Shown piece after piece: positions 8,818 to 18,455 of a DNA stretch of 29,971 nt. The position numbers and the translations under genes were made by a program. The stretch comes from Bacillota bacterium. Lineage in GTDB: Bacteria > Bacillota > Clostridia > Clostridiales > Clostridiaceae. Where the stretch lies: contig JAJXWJ010000040.1 in the NCBI GenBank assembly GCA_021781655.1, forward strand, positions 1 to 29,971, given 5' to 3'. Below the pieces are notes generated by a model. The model did not search any database and was not told the DNA's origin. It saw only the letters and a list, made by a program, of their open reading frames with translations. Each line of letters opens with the position of its first letter. Position 1 is the stretch's first letter.

Positions 8818-9759
8818 ATGGATAGGATTATAAAATTAAAACCGGTATTTCAAGAAAGAATATGGGGAGGTACAAATTTAAATAGTTATTTTGGATATGA
8901 GTTGCCTTCAGAAAACACAGGAGAATGTTGGGCGATTTCTGCTCATAAAAATGGGGATTGTGAAATAGTGAATACTGAATATAAGGGTAAAACCTTATCT
9001 TGGTTATATAAAAATCATCGTGAACTATTTGGAAACATATCAAATGATGAATTTCCACTATTAGTAAAGTTAATAGATGCTAAAGATAATTTATCTATTC
9101 AAGTGCATCCTGATGACAACTATGCAAAAGATATAGAGGGAGAGGCTTTTGGAAAAACGGAAGCTTGGTATATAGTAGATTGTAATGAAGATACCTTATT
9201 AGAAATAGGACATAATGGAGAAACAAAAGAACAAGTTAAAAAGATGATAGAAGATGGAAAATGGGACGAACTACTGAATTATATTCCAATTAAAAAAGGA
9301 GACTTTTTCTTTATACCTTCAGGAACAGTTCATGCAATTTGTAAAAACACTTTGATATATGAGATACAGCAGTCATCAGATATAACTTATCGTTTATATG
9401 ATTACAACAGAGTAGATAGTAAAACAGGAAAAGAAAGAGAGCTGCATACAAAAAAATCTATAGATGTAATAAAGGTGCCACAAAAAATAGATGAGACAAT
9501 TAAGCCTAAGATGGAGGTCATAAACAATTCAAAAGTAACTATATATGCTGATACTGAGTATTTTAAAACAATTAAATACGATATAGATGGAAGCTTTGAA
9601 ATTATGAATAAAGCACCATTTATGCTTTGTACTATATTAGATGGTGAGGCTACAATTAATGAAGAAAAGTTTTTAAAAGGAGATAATTTTATTGTACCAA
9701 CACAACTAAAAGAAATAAAAATTTTCGGAAAAATAACAATAATAGTGTCTACACTGTAA
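8818..9759 (+). CDS. manA: Mannose-6-phosphate isomerase, class I (Bacillus-type)
   Basis: The protein is about 313 aa with QVHPDD, EAWYIV and cupin motifs. A GGAGG RBS precedes it. Confidence 0.85.
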   Translation: MDRIIKLKPVFQERIWGGTNLNSYFGYELPSENTGECWAISAHKNGDCEIVNTEYKGKTLSWLYKNHRELFGNISNDEFPLLVKLIDAKDNLSIQVHPDDNYAKDIEGEAFGKTEAWYIVDCNEDTLLEIGHNGETKEQVKKMIEDGKWDELLNYIPIKKGDFFFIPSGTVHAICKNTLIYEIQQSSDITYRLYDYNRVDSKTGKERELHTKKSIDVIKVPQKIDETIKPKMEVINNSKVTIYADTEYFKTIKYDIDGSFEIMNKAPFMLCTILDGEATINEEKFLKGDNFIVPTQLKEIKIFGKITIIVSTL

Positions 9760-9784
9760 CCATATTGTATTAATAAAAAACTAT

Positions 9785-9830
9785 AGCACAACCATTTGCA
9801 AAAGTATATACTTTTGCAAATGGTTGTGCT
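9785..9830. repeat. Perfect 46-bp palindrome (agcacaaccatttgcaaaagtat|atacttttgcaaatggttgtgct). It could be a terminator or attenuator after manA, or an operator.
   Basis: It is a perfect inverted repeat with no loop and only a weak U-tract after it. Confidence 0.6.
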
Positions 9831-9868
9831 ATTATGTTGCTAATAAATAAGAGTAGAGGAGTATGATT

Positions 9869-11392
9869 ATGTTTAAATTAGCACCTATTTTTACAAACAA
9901 TATGGTTCTACAAAGGGAATGTGAAATTCTTATATGGGGTGAAGCAGAAGAAAACAGTAATATAACAGCAGAAATATGTGGAAATAGATCACATTGCGTA
10001 GCACTTGAAGGGAAGTTTGAACTTATTTTGCCTAGGCTGAGTGCTGGTGGACCATTTGAATTAAAGGTATATACTAAAGAACAAGAAGTAAAACTAGAAA
10101 ATATACTCATAGGAGAAGTATGGATTGCAGGAGGACAATCAAATATGGAGTTTAAGCTAAAGGACTCTATTAAAGGTAAATTATATATTTCCAACTCTAA
10201 CTATAATGAAATAAGATATTTTAATGTTCCTCAAGTAGAATTTGAGGATGAAAAGGGGAAAATACCCCAGCTTGATTTTGAGGAGTGGAAAATTTCATCA
10301 CCTGAAAACTCTGGAGATTTTTCAGCAGTAGCTTACCATTTTGCAAAAAACTTACATAATGATTTGAATGTACCAATAGGAATAATTAATTGTAATAAAG
10401 GTGGAACCTCAGCTTCTTGCTGGCTTTCAGAAAAATATTTGAGTGAAGATGAGGAACTTAAAAATGCATATTTAGATACATACTATAATATTATAGAGAA
10501 TTTGAATGATGATGAAGCTGATAAAATGACAGCTGAGTTTTTAAAATCTCAAGAAGATTACGTTAAAAAAGAAGAACAATATAAAAAACTTTATCCAGAG
10601 AGAGGAGCAGAAGAGGTTCGTAGAGACATTGGTCTTTATCCTTGGCCACCTCCAGTAAATAGAAAGGCATATGGAAGACCAAATGGACTTTATAATACTA
10701 TGCTGAAAAAAGTTATTCCATATAGAGTAAAAGGGGTGATTTGGTACCAAGGGGAAGAGGATTCTCAAAAACCGCATTTGTATAGAAAACTATTTAAGAA
10801 ATTAATAGAAAATTGGAGAGAAGCTTTTAGAAATGAAAATTTACCATTTTCATTTGTTCAGTTGCCTATGTTTGATGATGATAGACCTGAAAGTTGGGCA
10901 ATTGTTAGGGATGCACAGCTTTCTACATTTAGAAATGTGAAAAATACATCTATGATTGTAGCAGCAGACTGTGGTGAAGAAAAAGATGTTCATCCAAAGG
11001 ACAAAAAACCTATAGGTGAAAGACTAGCAATTATTACCCTTGAAGATGTGTATAAAAAGTCTGTTAATGGACATTCTCCAATGTACAGTGGTTATGAGAT
11101 TAAAGATAATAAAATAATAATTTCCTTTGATTACATAAAAGATGGAGAATTATGTACTATTGATGGAAGTCCTTTAAAGGGTTTTGAAATATGTGCACAA
11201 GATAAAAAGTACGTTGAAGCTCAGGCTGAAATAGCAGGAGATAAGGTTATAGTTTGGAATGAAAAAGTAGCTAATCCTGTAGCGGTAAGGTATGGCTGGA
11301 AAAATTATATTGAGGTAAATCTATGTAATGAAAATAAACTTCCAGCAGCAACATTTAATACAGAAATAAATTATTATAATATAAATAAATGA
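9869..11392 (+). CDS. SASA-family (sialate O-acetylesterase-like, SGNH) carbohydrate acetylesterase
   Basis: It carries the IAGGQSNME catalytic motif. The start is at MFKLAPIF with an AGGAG RBS. The upstream ATG is only 1 nt after the RBS. Confidence 0.7.
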   Translation: MFKLAPIFTNNMVLQRECEILIWGEAEENSNITAEICGNRSHCVALEGKFELILPRLSAGGPFELKVYTKEQEVKLENILIGEVWIAGGQSNMEFKLKDSIKGKLYISNSNYNEIRYFNVPQVEFEDEKGKIPQLDFEEWKISSPENSGDFSAVAYHFAKNLHNDLNVPIGIINCNKGGTSASCWLSEKYLSEDEELKNAYLDTYYNIIENLNDDEADKMTAEFLKSQEDYVKKEEQYKKLYPERGAEEVRRDIGLYPWPPPVNRKAYGRPNGLYNTMLKKVIPYRVKGVIWYQGEEDSQKPHLYRKLFKKLIENWREAFRNENLPFSFVQLPMFDDDRPESWAIVRDAQLSTFRNVKNTSMIVAADCGEEKDVHPKDKKPIGERLAIITLEDVYKKSVNGHSPMYSGYEIKDNKIIISFDYIKDGELCTIDGSPLKGFEICAQDKKYVEAQAEIAGDKVIVWNEKVANPVAVRYGWKNYIEVNLCNENKLPAATFNTEINYYNINK

Positions 11393-11402
11393 GGTATTAA
11401 TA

Positions 11403-12791
11403 ATGAATTATAAATTTCCAGAAAATTTTTGGTGGGGAGCTGCAACGTCAGGACCACAAGCAGAAGGAAGATTTAATAAAAAGCACAGAAGTGTTTTTGA
11501 CTACTGGTACGATATAGAGCCAGATGCTTTTTTTGATAAGGTGGGACCGGATATAGCTTCTAATTTTTATAATAGCTACAAAGAAGATATAGCAATGATG
11601 AAAAGCATTGGTTTTAATTCCTTTAGAACCTCAATACAGTGGACAAGACTTATAGATGATTTTGAAACTGCTTCAGTAGATGAAGATGGCGTTAGATATT
11701 ATAATTCAGTTATTGATGAAGCAATAAAAAATGGAGTAACACCAGTAATGTGTCTTCATCACTTTGATTTACCTATAGAGTTATATGAAAAATATGGAGG
11801 CTGGGAAAGTAAGCATGTATCTTATTTATTCTCCAAATTTGCTAAAGTATGTTTTGAGCTTTTTGGAGATAGAGTAAAGTATTGGGCAACTTTTAACGAA
11901 CCTATAGTAGTAATAGAGGGTCAATATATTAATGAGTTTCACTACCCTAAAGTAGTAGATGGTAAAAAAGCAGTTCAAGCAGCCTTCAATATAAATCTTG
12001 CTTCTGCAAAAGCTATAGAGGAGTTTAGAAAATGTGAATGTAGTAAGACTGCTAAGATAGGAATAATTTTAAACTTAACACCAGCATATCCAAGATCGAA
12101 TTCAAAAGAAGATATAAAAGCTGCAGAGTTTGCTAATAAATTTAATAATAGAATATTTCTTGATCCAGCAGTACACGGAAGATTTCCAGATGGAATAGAA
12201 GAAATTCTTGAAAGAGAAGGTGTTTTGTGGGAAAATACAGAAGAGGAAATGAAAACTATAGAAAATAATAAAATAGATTTCTTAGGTGTAAACTATTATC
12301 AGCCACTTAGAGTTAAGAAAAGAGAATCTGAATTTGATAATTCTAAAGGATGGCTTCCATATAAACATTTTGAAGGCTACGATATGCCAGGGAAAAAAAT
12401 CAATCCACATAGGGGTTGGGAAATTTACCCTGAAGCAATGTATGATATAGCAATAAACATAAGAGATAACTATAACAATATTCCATGGTATGTTTCTGAA
12501 AATGGAATGGGTGTATATGGAGAAGAAAAATTCTTAAATGAAGAAGGAATGATTGTAGATGATTACAGAATAGAATTTGCAACAGATCATTTAAAATTTC
12601 TTCATAAAGGGATTACTGAAGGAAGTAATTGTTTCGGATATCATCTTTGGACACCTATAGATTGCTGGTCTTGGTCAAATGCCTATAGAAATAGATATGG
12701 TTTTATTTCACTCGATTTAAATACTCAGAAAAAGACGATAAAAAAATCAGGCTACTGGTATAAGAGAGTAACAGAAAACAATGGATTTTAA
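11403..12791 (+). CDS. Glycoside hydrolase family 1 (beta-glucosidase, 6-phospho-beta-glucosidase or beta-mannosidase)
   Basis: GH1 motifs are present: N-terminal FPENFWWGAATSGPQAEG, TFNEP at the acid/base position and SENG at the nucleophile position. Confidence 0.85.
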   Translation: MNYKFPENFWWGAATSGPQAEGRFNKKHRSVFDYWYDIEPDAFFDKVGPDIASNFYNSYKEDIAMMKSIGFNSFRTSIQWTRLIDDFETASVDEDGVRYYNSVIDEAIKNGVTPVMCLHHFDLPIELYEKYGGWESKHVSYLFSKFAKVCFELFGDRVKYWATFNEPIVVIEGQYINEFHYPKVVDGKKAVQAAFNINLASAKAIEEFRKCECSKTAKIGIILNLTPAYPRSNSKEDIKAAEFANKFNNRIFLDPAVHGRFPDGIEEILEREGVLWENTEEEMKTIENNKIDFLGVNYYQPLRVKKRESEFDNSKGWLPYKHFEGYDMPGKKINPHRGWEIYPEAMYDIAINIRDNYNNIPWYVSENGMGVYGEEKFLNEEGMIVDDYRIEFATDHLKFLHKGITEGSNCFGYHLWTPIDCWSWSNAYRNRYGFISLDLNTQKKTIKKSGYWYKRVTENNGF

Positions 12792-12811
12792 AGAATAGGA
12801 GTGAAACAAAA

Positions 12812-13684
12812 ATGTATATACTAACATTTGATATTGGCGGAACAAGCGTAAAATATGGAGTTCTAGATGACAACGGAAAAATATATGAAAGTGGAAAATT
12901 CACAACACCAAAAGAAGATATCGATAAGTTGCTAGAAGAAGTTGTAGCTGTAAAGAATAAATATAGTGATAAATATGAGCTTGGTGGAATAGCTTTGAGT
13001 GCACCTGGAGCAGTAGATAATAAAACAGGAGTAATTGGAGGATATTCAGCTGTTCCATGTATTCATGGTTTTGATTTAAGGGAAAAGCTTAGAAATGCAA
13101 CAGGATTAGAAAGAATATCTATGGAAAATGATGCAAACTGTGCTGCTCTAGCGGAGGTTTGGCTCGGTGCTGCAAAAGACAATAAAGATTCTATATTTAT
13201 GGTTTTAGGTTCTGGAGTTGGTGGAGCTGTAATAAAGGATAGAAAAATTCATACAGGTGCTCATCTTAATGGGGGAGAATTTGGATATATGGTTTTGAAC
13301 GAAAACTGTGAAAATTTAAGTAAGTTAGCGTCTCCTGTTGAAATAGCTAAAAAAGTAGCAAATAGAAAAGGTATAGAGGAAATTAACGGAGAACAGCTTT
13401 TTGCAATGGCTGAAGAGGGGGATAGCATAGCAAAAGAAGAAATTAATAAATTTTATTTTTATATAGCAGCTGCAGCGTATAATCTTCAGTATGCATATGA
13501 TCCGGAAGTAATAGTAATAGGTGGAGGCATAAGCGTAAGAAGAGATTTGATAGAAAATATAGAAAAATCATTAGATTATGTATATGAAAAAATAAAGTTT
13601 GCAAAAGTAAGACCACAATTAAAAACATGTATGTTTATGAATGATTCAAATTTAATTGGTGCGGTATATAATTTTATAAATTAA
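12812..13684 (+). CDS. ROK family sugar kinase (glucokinase, fructokinase or mannokinase-like)
   Basis: It has the ROK N-terminus ILTFDIGGTSVKYG and Gly-rich motifs. Confidence 0.8.
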   Translation: MYILTFDIGGTSVKYGVLDDNGKIYESGKFTTPKEDIDKLLEEVVAVKNKYSDKYELGGIALSAPGAVDNKTGVIGGYSAVPCIHGFDLREKLRNATGLERISMENDANCAALAEVWLGAAKDNKDSIFMVLGSGVGGAVIKDRKIHTGAHLNGGEFGYMVLNENCENLSKLASPVEIAKKVANRKGIEEINGEQLFAMAEEGDSIAKEEINKFYFYIAAAAYNLQYAYDPEVIVIGGGISVRRDLIENIEKSLDYVYEKIKFAKVRPQLKTCMFMNDSNLIGAVYNFIN

Positions 13685-13697
13685 TTAGGAGAAAACT

Positions 13698-15893
13698 ATG
13701 GCGATAAAATATAACGAAAAATCAAGAACTTTCAAATTAGATGCCAAAGATACAAGCTATATTATAGCAATTGTAGATGAAGAGCAATTTATAGGACATG
13801 TTTATTTTGGTGAAAAGCTTCCAGATGAAAATGTAAATTATTTAATGCGACTAGAAGAGGCACCTTTTGTACCGTCTAAAAATAATAGAAATAGATTGCC
13901 GTTTTTAGATTCATTTCCTACAGAATATTCTACTAGTGGCTTAGGTGATTTTAGAGAGCCTTGTCTTAAGGTTACCACTTTGTCAGGTGCAGCAGTCTCA
14001 GGAATATCATATTTATCCCATAAAATCTACAGCGGTAAACCTAAATTAAAAGGTATGCCAGCCACTTTTGGAGAAGAAGACGAATGCACAACTTTAGAAA
14101 TTACTTGTGTAGATAAGCACTTAAATTTGGAAGTTATTTTAGTTTATTCTGTTTTTGAAAATTTGGATGTTATTACAAGAAGTGTGAAAGTTAAAAACAA
14201 TTGCGAAGAAAGTATTATGTTAAACAGAGTTTTATCTTGTTGTGTAGATTTTGATAGGATAGATTTTGATGTTGTTACTCTTCATGGTGCTTGGTCTAGA
14301 GAAAGGCACATAAACAGAAGAACAGTGACTTTAGGAAAACAAGGCTGCTCTTCCTTTAGAGGAGAATCGAGTCATCAAGATAATCCATTTATAGCTGTAA
14401 TGGATAAAACAGCTACAGAGGACAGTGGTAGGGTTTATGGTTTTAACTTTGTGTACTCAGGCAACTTTATAGCACAGGCTGAGGGCTGCCAATTTGATAC
14501 TACCCGTGTAGTAATGGGAATCCATCCTATGGATTTTAGCTGGAAGCTTGAAAATGGTGAAGAATTTACGGCACCAGAAGTAGTAATGGTTTATTCTAAT
14601 GAGGGAATTGGAAAGATGTCAAGAACCCTTCATGATCTATACAGAAATAACCTTATCCGTGGAGAATACAAGGATAAAAAACGTCCAATACTAATTAATA
14701 ACTGGGAAGCTACCTACTTCGATTTCAATACTGATAAATTAATTAGTATTGCAAAGGAAGCCTCAAAGCTTGGAATAGAAATGCTTGTTATGGATGATGG
14801 ATGGTTTGGTAATAGAAGCAGTGATAATTGTTCCCTTGGTGATTGGGTAGTGAACGAAGAAAAGCTTAAGGGTGGGCTAAAATATTTAGTAGATGAAGTT
14901 AATAAGTTAAATATGAAATTTGGAATATGGTTTGAGCCAGAAATGATTTCTCCTGATTCGAAGCTATATAGAGTTCATCCAGATTGGTGCATACATATCG
15001 AAGGAAGAGTTGGAACCCTTTGCAGAAATCAGTATGTATTAGATATAACAAGAGAAGAAGTTAGAGAATATATATATCAAAGTATGAAAAAAGTTTTATT
15101 AAGTGCCAATATCGAATATATTAAGTGGGATATGAATCGTCAGCTAAGCGACTTAGGCAGCAGTGCTCTTCCTTATGATAGGCAGGGAGAATTGTCTCAT
15201 AGATATGTACTTGCAGTATATGACCTTATGGAAAGATTAACGTCAGAGTTTCCACATATTCTTCTTGAAAACTGTTCTGGTGGAGGAGCTAGATTTGATG
15301 CTGGTATGCTTTATTACAGTCCTCAAATTTGGGCTTCAGACGATACTGATGCCATAGAAAGATTAAAGATTCAGCATGGTACGTCTTTGGTATATCCTTC
15401 TTCTGCCATAGGTGCACATGTAAGTGATTGTCCAAATCATACTGTTGGAAGAATAACACCGTTTGAAACTAGAGGACATGTAGCTCTTGCTGGAACCTTT
15501 GGTTATGAATTAGATGTTACCAAAATTTCCAAGGAAGATCGTGATATGATACCAAAACAAGTTAGAATGTATCATAAATATAATGACTTAATTAGAACTG
15601 GTGACTTATACCGTATAAATAGCCTTTTTGAAAATTCAGAGTATAACTGTATAGGTTATGTTTCAAAGGATAAAGCGGAAGCTCTTTTCATATATGTTCA
15701 AGTTTTGGCTAGACCCAATTATCATAGTAGAAGGGTATGTTTAAAAGGATTAGATAAAAATACATACTATCGTAATGAAGAGACTGGAGAAGTTTATTCC
15801 GGTGCAGCTCTTATGAATGGTGGGATTTTAATAAAGGATTTATGGGGAGATTTTAAGAGTAAACTTGTTCATTTTGTTAGAGAAGGGGAATAG
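13698..15893 (+). CDS. Alpha-galactosidase, glycoside hydrolase family 36
   Basis: GH36 motifs are present (LVMDDGWFG, KWDMN, N-terminal MAIKYNEK...). The protein is about 731 aa. Confidence 0.85.
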   Translation: MAIKYNEKSRTFKLDAKDTSYIIAIVDEEQFIGHVYFGEKLPDENVNYLMRLEEAPFVPSKNNRNRLPFLDSFPTEYSTSGLGDFREPCLKVTTLSGAAVSGISYLSHKIYSGKPKLKGMPATFGEEDECTTLEITCVDKHLNLEVILVYSVFENLDVITRSVKVKNNCEESIMLNRVLSCCVDFDRIDFDVVTLHGAWSRERHINRRTVTLGKQGCSSFRGESSHQDNPFIAVMDKTATEDSGRVYGFNFVYSGNFIAQAEGCQFDTTRVVMGIHPMDFSWKLENGEEFTAPEVVMVYSNEGIGKMSRTLHDLYRNNLIRGEYKDKKRPILINNWEATYFDFNTDKLISIAKEASKLGIEMLVMDDGWFGNRSSDNCSLGDWVVNEEKLKGGLKYLVDEVNKLNMKFGIWFEPEMISPDSKLYRVHPDWCIHIEGRVGTLCRNQYVLDITREEVREYIYQSMKKVLLSANIEYIKWDMNRQLSDLGSSALPYDRQGELSHRYVLAVYDLMERLTSEFPHILLENCSGGGARFDAGMLYYSPQIWASDDTDAIERLKIQHGTSLVYPSSAIGAHVSDCPNHTVGRITPFETRGHVALAGTFGYELDVTKISKEDRDMIPKQVRMYHKYNDLIRTGDLYRINSLFENSEYNCIGYVSKDKAEALFIYVQVLARPNYHSRRVCLKGLDKNTYYRNEETGEVYSGAALMNGGILIKDLWGDFKSKLVHFVREGE

Positions 15894-15932
15894 AAACATA
15901 ATGCGAACTAAGTTGAAACTATAAAATGTGTA

Positions 15933-16220
15933 AAAGCAAATCGCAGGTCGTTTTAATTGACAGTTGACAGTTGACAATGGACAATGATGGTTGATTTTCC
16001 TATGCTAAGCTACGGAAAATCTGTAATTTATTTAAATTGGCTAAAGCCAATGGAAACTGATGGTTTTGCTATGCAAAACCTAAAAATAATAATTTGTAGT
16101 TTTTCTGACTGAAAGGAAGAAAAACATCCTTCATTGTCAACTGTCAATTGTCCATTGTCAATTAAAACTCAATGCGTTGCACTTTCTTAGGATTTTTAAA
16201 GAGGCAACTTGCGTCGCATC
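15933..16220. repeat. Copy B (full-length, ~290 bp) of the MITE-like element. It has ~40-bp terminal inverted repeats carrying TTGACA arrays and three internal hairpins.
   Basis: The left end ttaattgacagttgacagttgacaatggacaatgatgg is the inverse of the right end ccttcattgtcaactgtcaattgtccattgtcaattaa. The right flank is the reverse complement of copy A's left part. Confidence 0.85.
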
Positions 16221-16233
16221 TTTATTAAAATTC

Positions 16234-16944
16234 TTATCTTATTATTACAGTTTCAAAAGAAAAGTAATTATAACTATGAACAGATATAGAATATTCAAAA
16301 GCAGTACCATTCTCAAGGTAGGCTACTTGTTCGGCTATAGCCACAGGATCATACGCCTCAAGATGAAGATGTTCTTGTTCAAAACTATTAGATTTTCGAA
16401 CAGAAATTTTTCTATGTGAACTTTGAATTTTAAGACCTAAGTCTTCTTCTATATAAGAATATATAGAAGAATTAGCATGGGCTTTTTTTAAACCTTGAAT
16501 TATATTAATGGGCATATAAGTATTTTCTATTACATAAGGGACATTGTTTACTGATCGAACCCTTACGATATTATAAACAAATTGCTCCTCATCTAAATTA
16601 AGTTTAGTTCTTATTTTTTCGTCACAATTGATTACTTGAAACACTAAAACCTCAGTATCAATTTTTTTACCAGAATATAGAGCAGAGAAGCCTCTAAATT
16701 GATTAGATACAATTAATTTATCCATTTCCGAGGAATTAATACTTTTCACAAAAGTTCCAGAACCTCTTCTTTTAACTATTAATCCTTCAGCTACTAATAT
16801 ATCTAAAGCTTTTTTTATAGTCATTTTACTAGAAGAATATACTTTCGATAAATCTTTTTCAAAAAGAAGTTGTTCATTTGGTTTAAGAATACCCTTAACT
16901 ATTTGGTTTCGTATATCATTTGCAATTTCCATGTATTTTATCAT
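16234..16944 (-). CDS. GntR family transcriptional regulator, HutC subfamily (wHTH plus UTRA)
   Basis: The N-terminal wHTH region is IANDIRNQIVKGILKPNEQLLFEKDLSKVYSSSKMTIKKALDIL. A GAGGAG RBS precedes it. Confidence 0.8.
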   Translation of the reverse strand: MIKYMEIANDIRNQIVKGILKPNEQLLFEKDLSKVYSSSKMTIKKALDILVAEGLIVKRRGSGTFVKSINSSEMDKLIVSNQFRGFSALYSGKKIDTEVLVFQVINCDEKIRTKLNLDEEQFVYNIVRVRSVNNVPYVIENTYMPINIIQGLKKAHANSSIYSYIEEDLGLKIQSSHRKISVRKSNSFEQEHLHLEAYDPVAIAEQVAYLENGTAFEYSISVHSYNYFSFETVIIR

Positions 16945-17174
16945 AATATGCTCCTCGTAAATTAAGTTTTAATATAATGATATTAGCATATTATCATTAT
17001 AAAATATATACTATTAAAAAATAAAAAAGATACTTTATTAAGAATAGTATTATGACATTTCAGCGTAAAGTTTGTATATTTTAAACATGAAATATTTACA
17101 AAAAAAATATATATAGTATTATATGAAGTATATATGTTAACAATTTCATAGTAAAAACAAGGGGTGATAGGATC

Positions 17175-18437
17175 GTGGGTGTATACAAATTTGCATTAAG
17201 GATGATGAATATATTTGCCAGTGAATGTATTTTTTATTTTATCTCGATAATAATATCCATAGCTTTAATTTTTAATTGTCTAAATGTTGTTACAATGAGC
17301 AATTTTATAGGTATGAATGAAACTCAAAATCGAATATTAACTGGAATTCCTTTCTTTTTAGCGTTGATAATTTGCTTGTTTACCTTTTATGCTAATTCTT
17401 ATTTTGTAATAAATAAAACTAAGGAAATGGCTATAGAAGCACTTTGTGGTGTTTCAGAGAGAAAGCTATCTAATTACTTACTGCTTCAAAACTTAATTAT
17501 TGAACTTTCAGGTTTTGTAATTGGTTTAGTCATCGGTATTATGATTCAGCCTATAACGTTAACCTTAGTATACAAAAGTCTTAATAGTAATGGGAATATA
17601 TGGTCGTTGAACATGACTAGCATAGGTGGCACCGTTGCAATTTTAATTATTCAATTATTGTATGTGACTGCAGGTGACTATGCGTTTATTTCTACAAAAG
17701 AGATTAAAGACTTAATGGTATTAGAAAAAGAAATTTATGCTCCAGATAATAGAACAATACGGTTTCCAGGCTTTATGTATGTAATAATTTATTTTATGCC
17801 TGTTGTAATATTATTTAAAGTTTCAGGAAAGACCACAGATTTATTATCCGTTTATGTAATATGTTCACTCATAAGTATAAATGGAATATTGCAGTTTTAT
17901 ATTCCTAAAAAAATAGCTAATATAAAAGAAAAAAGATTTTCTGATAATAAAATAATGATGATATCTTTAAGCAACCTACAGTATTCCTTCAAAAAACTAA
18001 ATTTTCTTATGCTTATGATATCTTCAATAATAGCTTTTGTGCTTGGTCTTTTAGGTTCATTTGCAGACAATCAATATATTAAAATTATGAGTGTAATTGC
18101 TTATTTTAGTATAGTAATTTTAATATCTATAAGCTTAATATATAAGCTTCGTATTGAAGTTCAAAAAAGAAAAGATTCCTTTAGAAATCTCTTACTCATT
18201 GGATATACAAAAGCAGAGGTTAAAAAGATTATTTTAGTAGAAGTATTAATATTTTATGTAATCGCTATAACAATTCCATTAGGCCATATTTTGTTTTATA
18301 TATACACATTTTTATTAGGTGGTATAATTTCTATTTCAGTAGCAATAGCACTTCCTGCTACATATGCTTTAATGTTTACTGCAACAGGGTTAATAGCATA
18401 TCAATCTTATAAAAATATGATAATAAAAGATAAATAA
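17175..18437 (+). CDS. ABC transporter permease, FtsX-like family (copy 1)
   Basis: It is a multi-TM protein with a C-terminal FtsX-like segment (LLIGYTKAEVKKIIL...). It is a paralog of 20844-22094 and uses a GTG start (MGVYKF). Confidence 0.7.
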   Translation: MGVYKFALRMMNIFASECIFYFISIIISIALIFNCLNVVTMSNFIGMNETQNRILTGIPFFLALIICLFTFYANSYFVINKTKEMAIEALCGVSERKLSNYLLLQNLIIELSGFVIGLVIGIMIQPITLTLVYKSLNSNGNIWSLNMTSIGGTVAILIIQLLYVTAGDYAFISTKEIKDLMVLEKEIYAPDNRTIRFPGFMYVIIYFMPVVILFKVSGKTTDLLSVYVICSLISINGILQFYIPKKIANIKEKRFSDNKIMMISLSNLQYSFKKLNFLMLMISSIIAFVLGLLGSFADNQYIKIMSVIAYFSIVILISISLIYKLRIEVQKRKDSFRNLLLIGYTKAEVKKIILVEVLIFYVIAITIPLGHILFYIYTFLLGGIISISVAIALPATYALMFTATGLIAYQSYKNMIIKDK

Positions 18438-18455
18438 TTATAAAGGGGTGCAAAA

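Noticed and set aside
9832-10194. 120-aa minus-strand ORF (and 9402-9791, 8828-9058 minus ORFs)
   Set aside because: These are antisense shadows of the well-supported manA and acetylesterase genes.
15961-15990. TTGACA x3 array as a functional triple -35 promoter
   Set aside because: No good -10 at the right spacing was found for two of the three hexamers, and they are mirrored in the other terminal repeat. They are more likely part of the element's TIR or a protein-binding array. Only the last TTGACA has a plausible 17-nt spacing to TATGCT.
16177-16419. 80-aa + strand ORF
   Set aside because: It lies antisense across the 3' end of the GntR gene and into repeat copy B. It has no RBS and low-complexity translation, so it is a shadow ORF.
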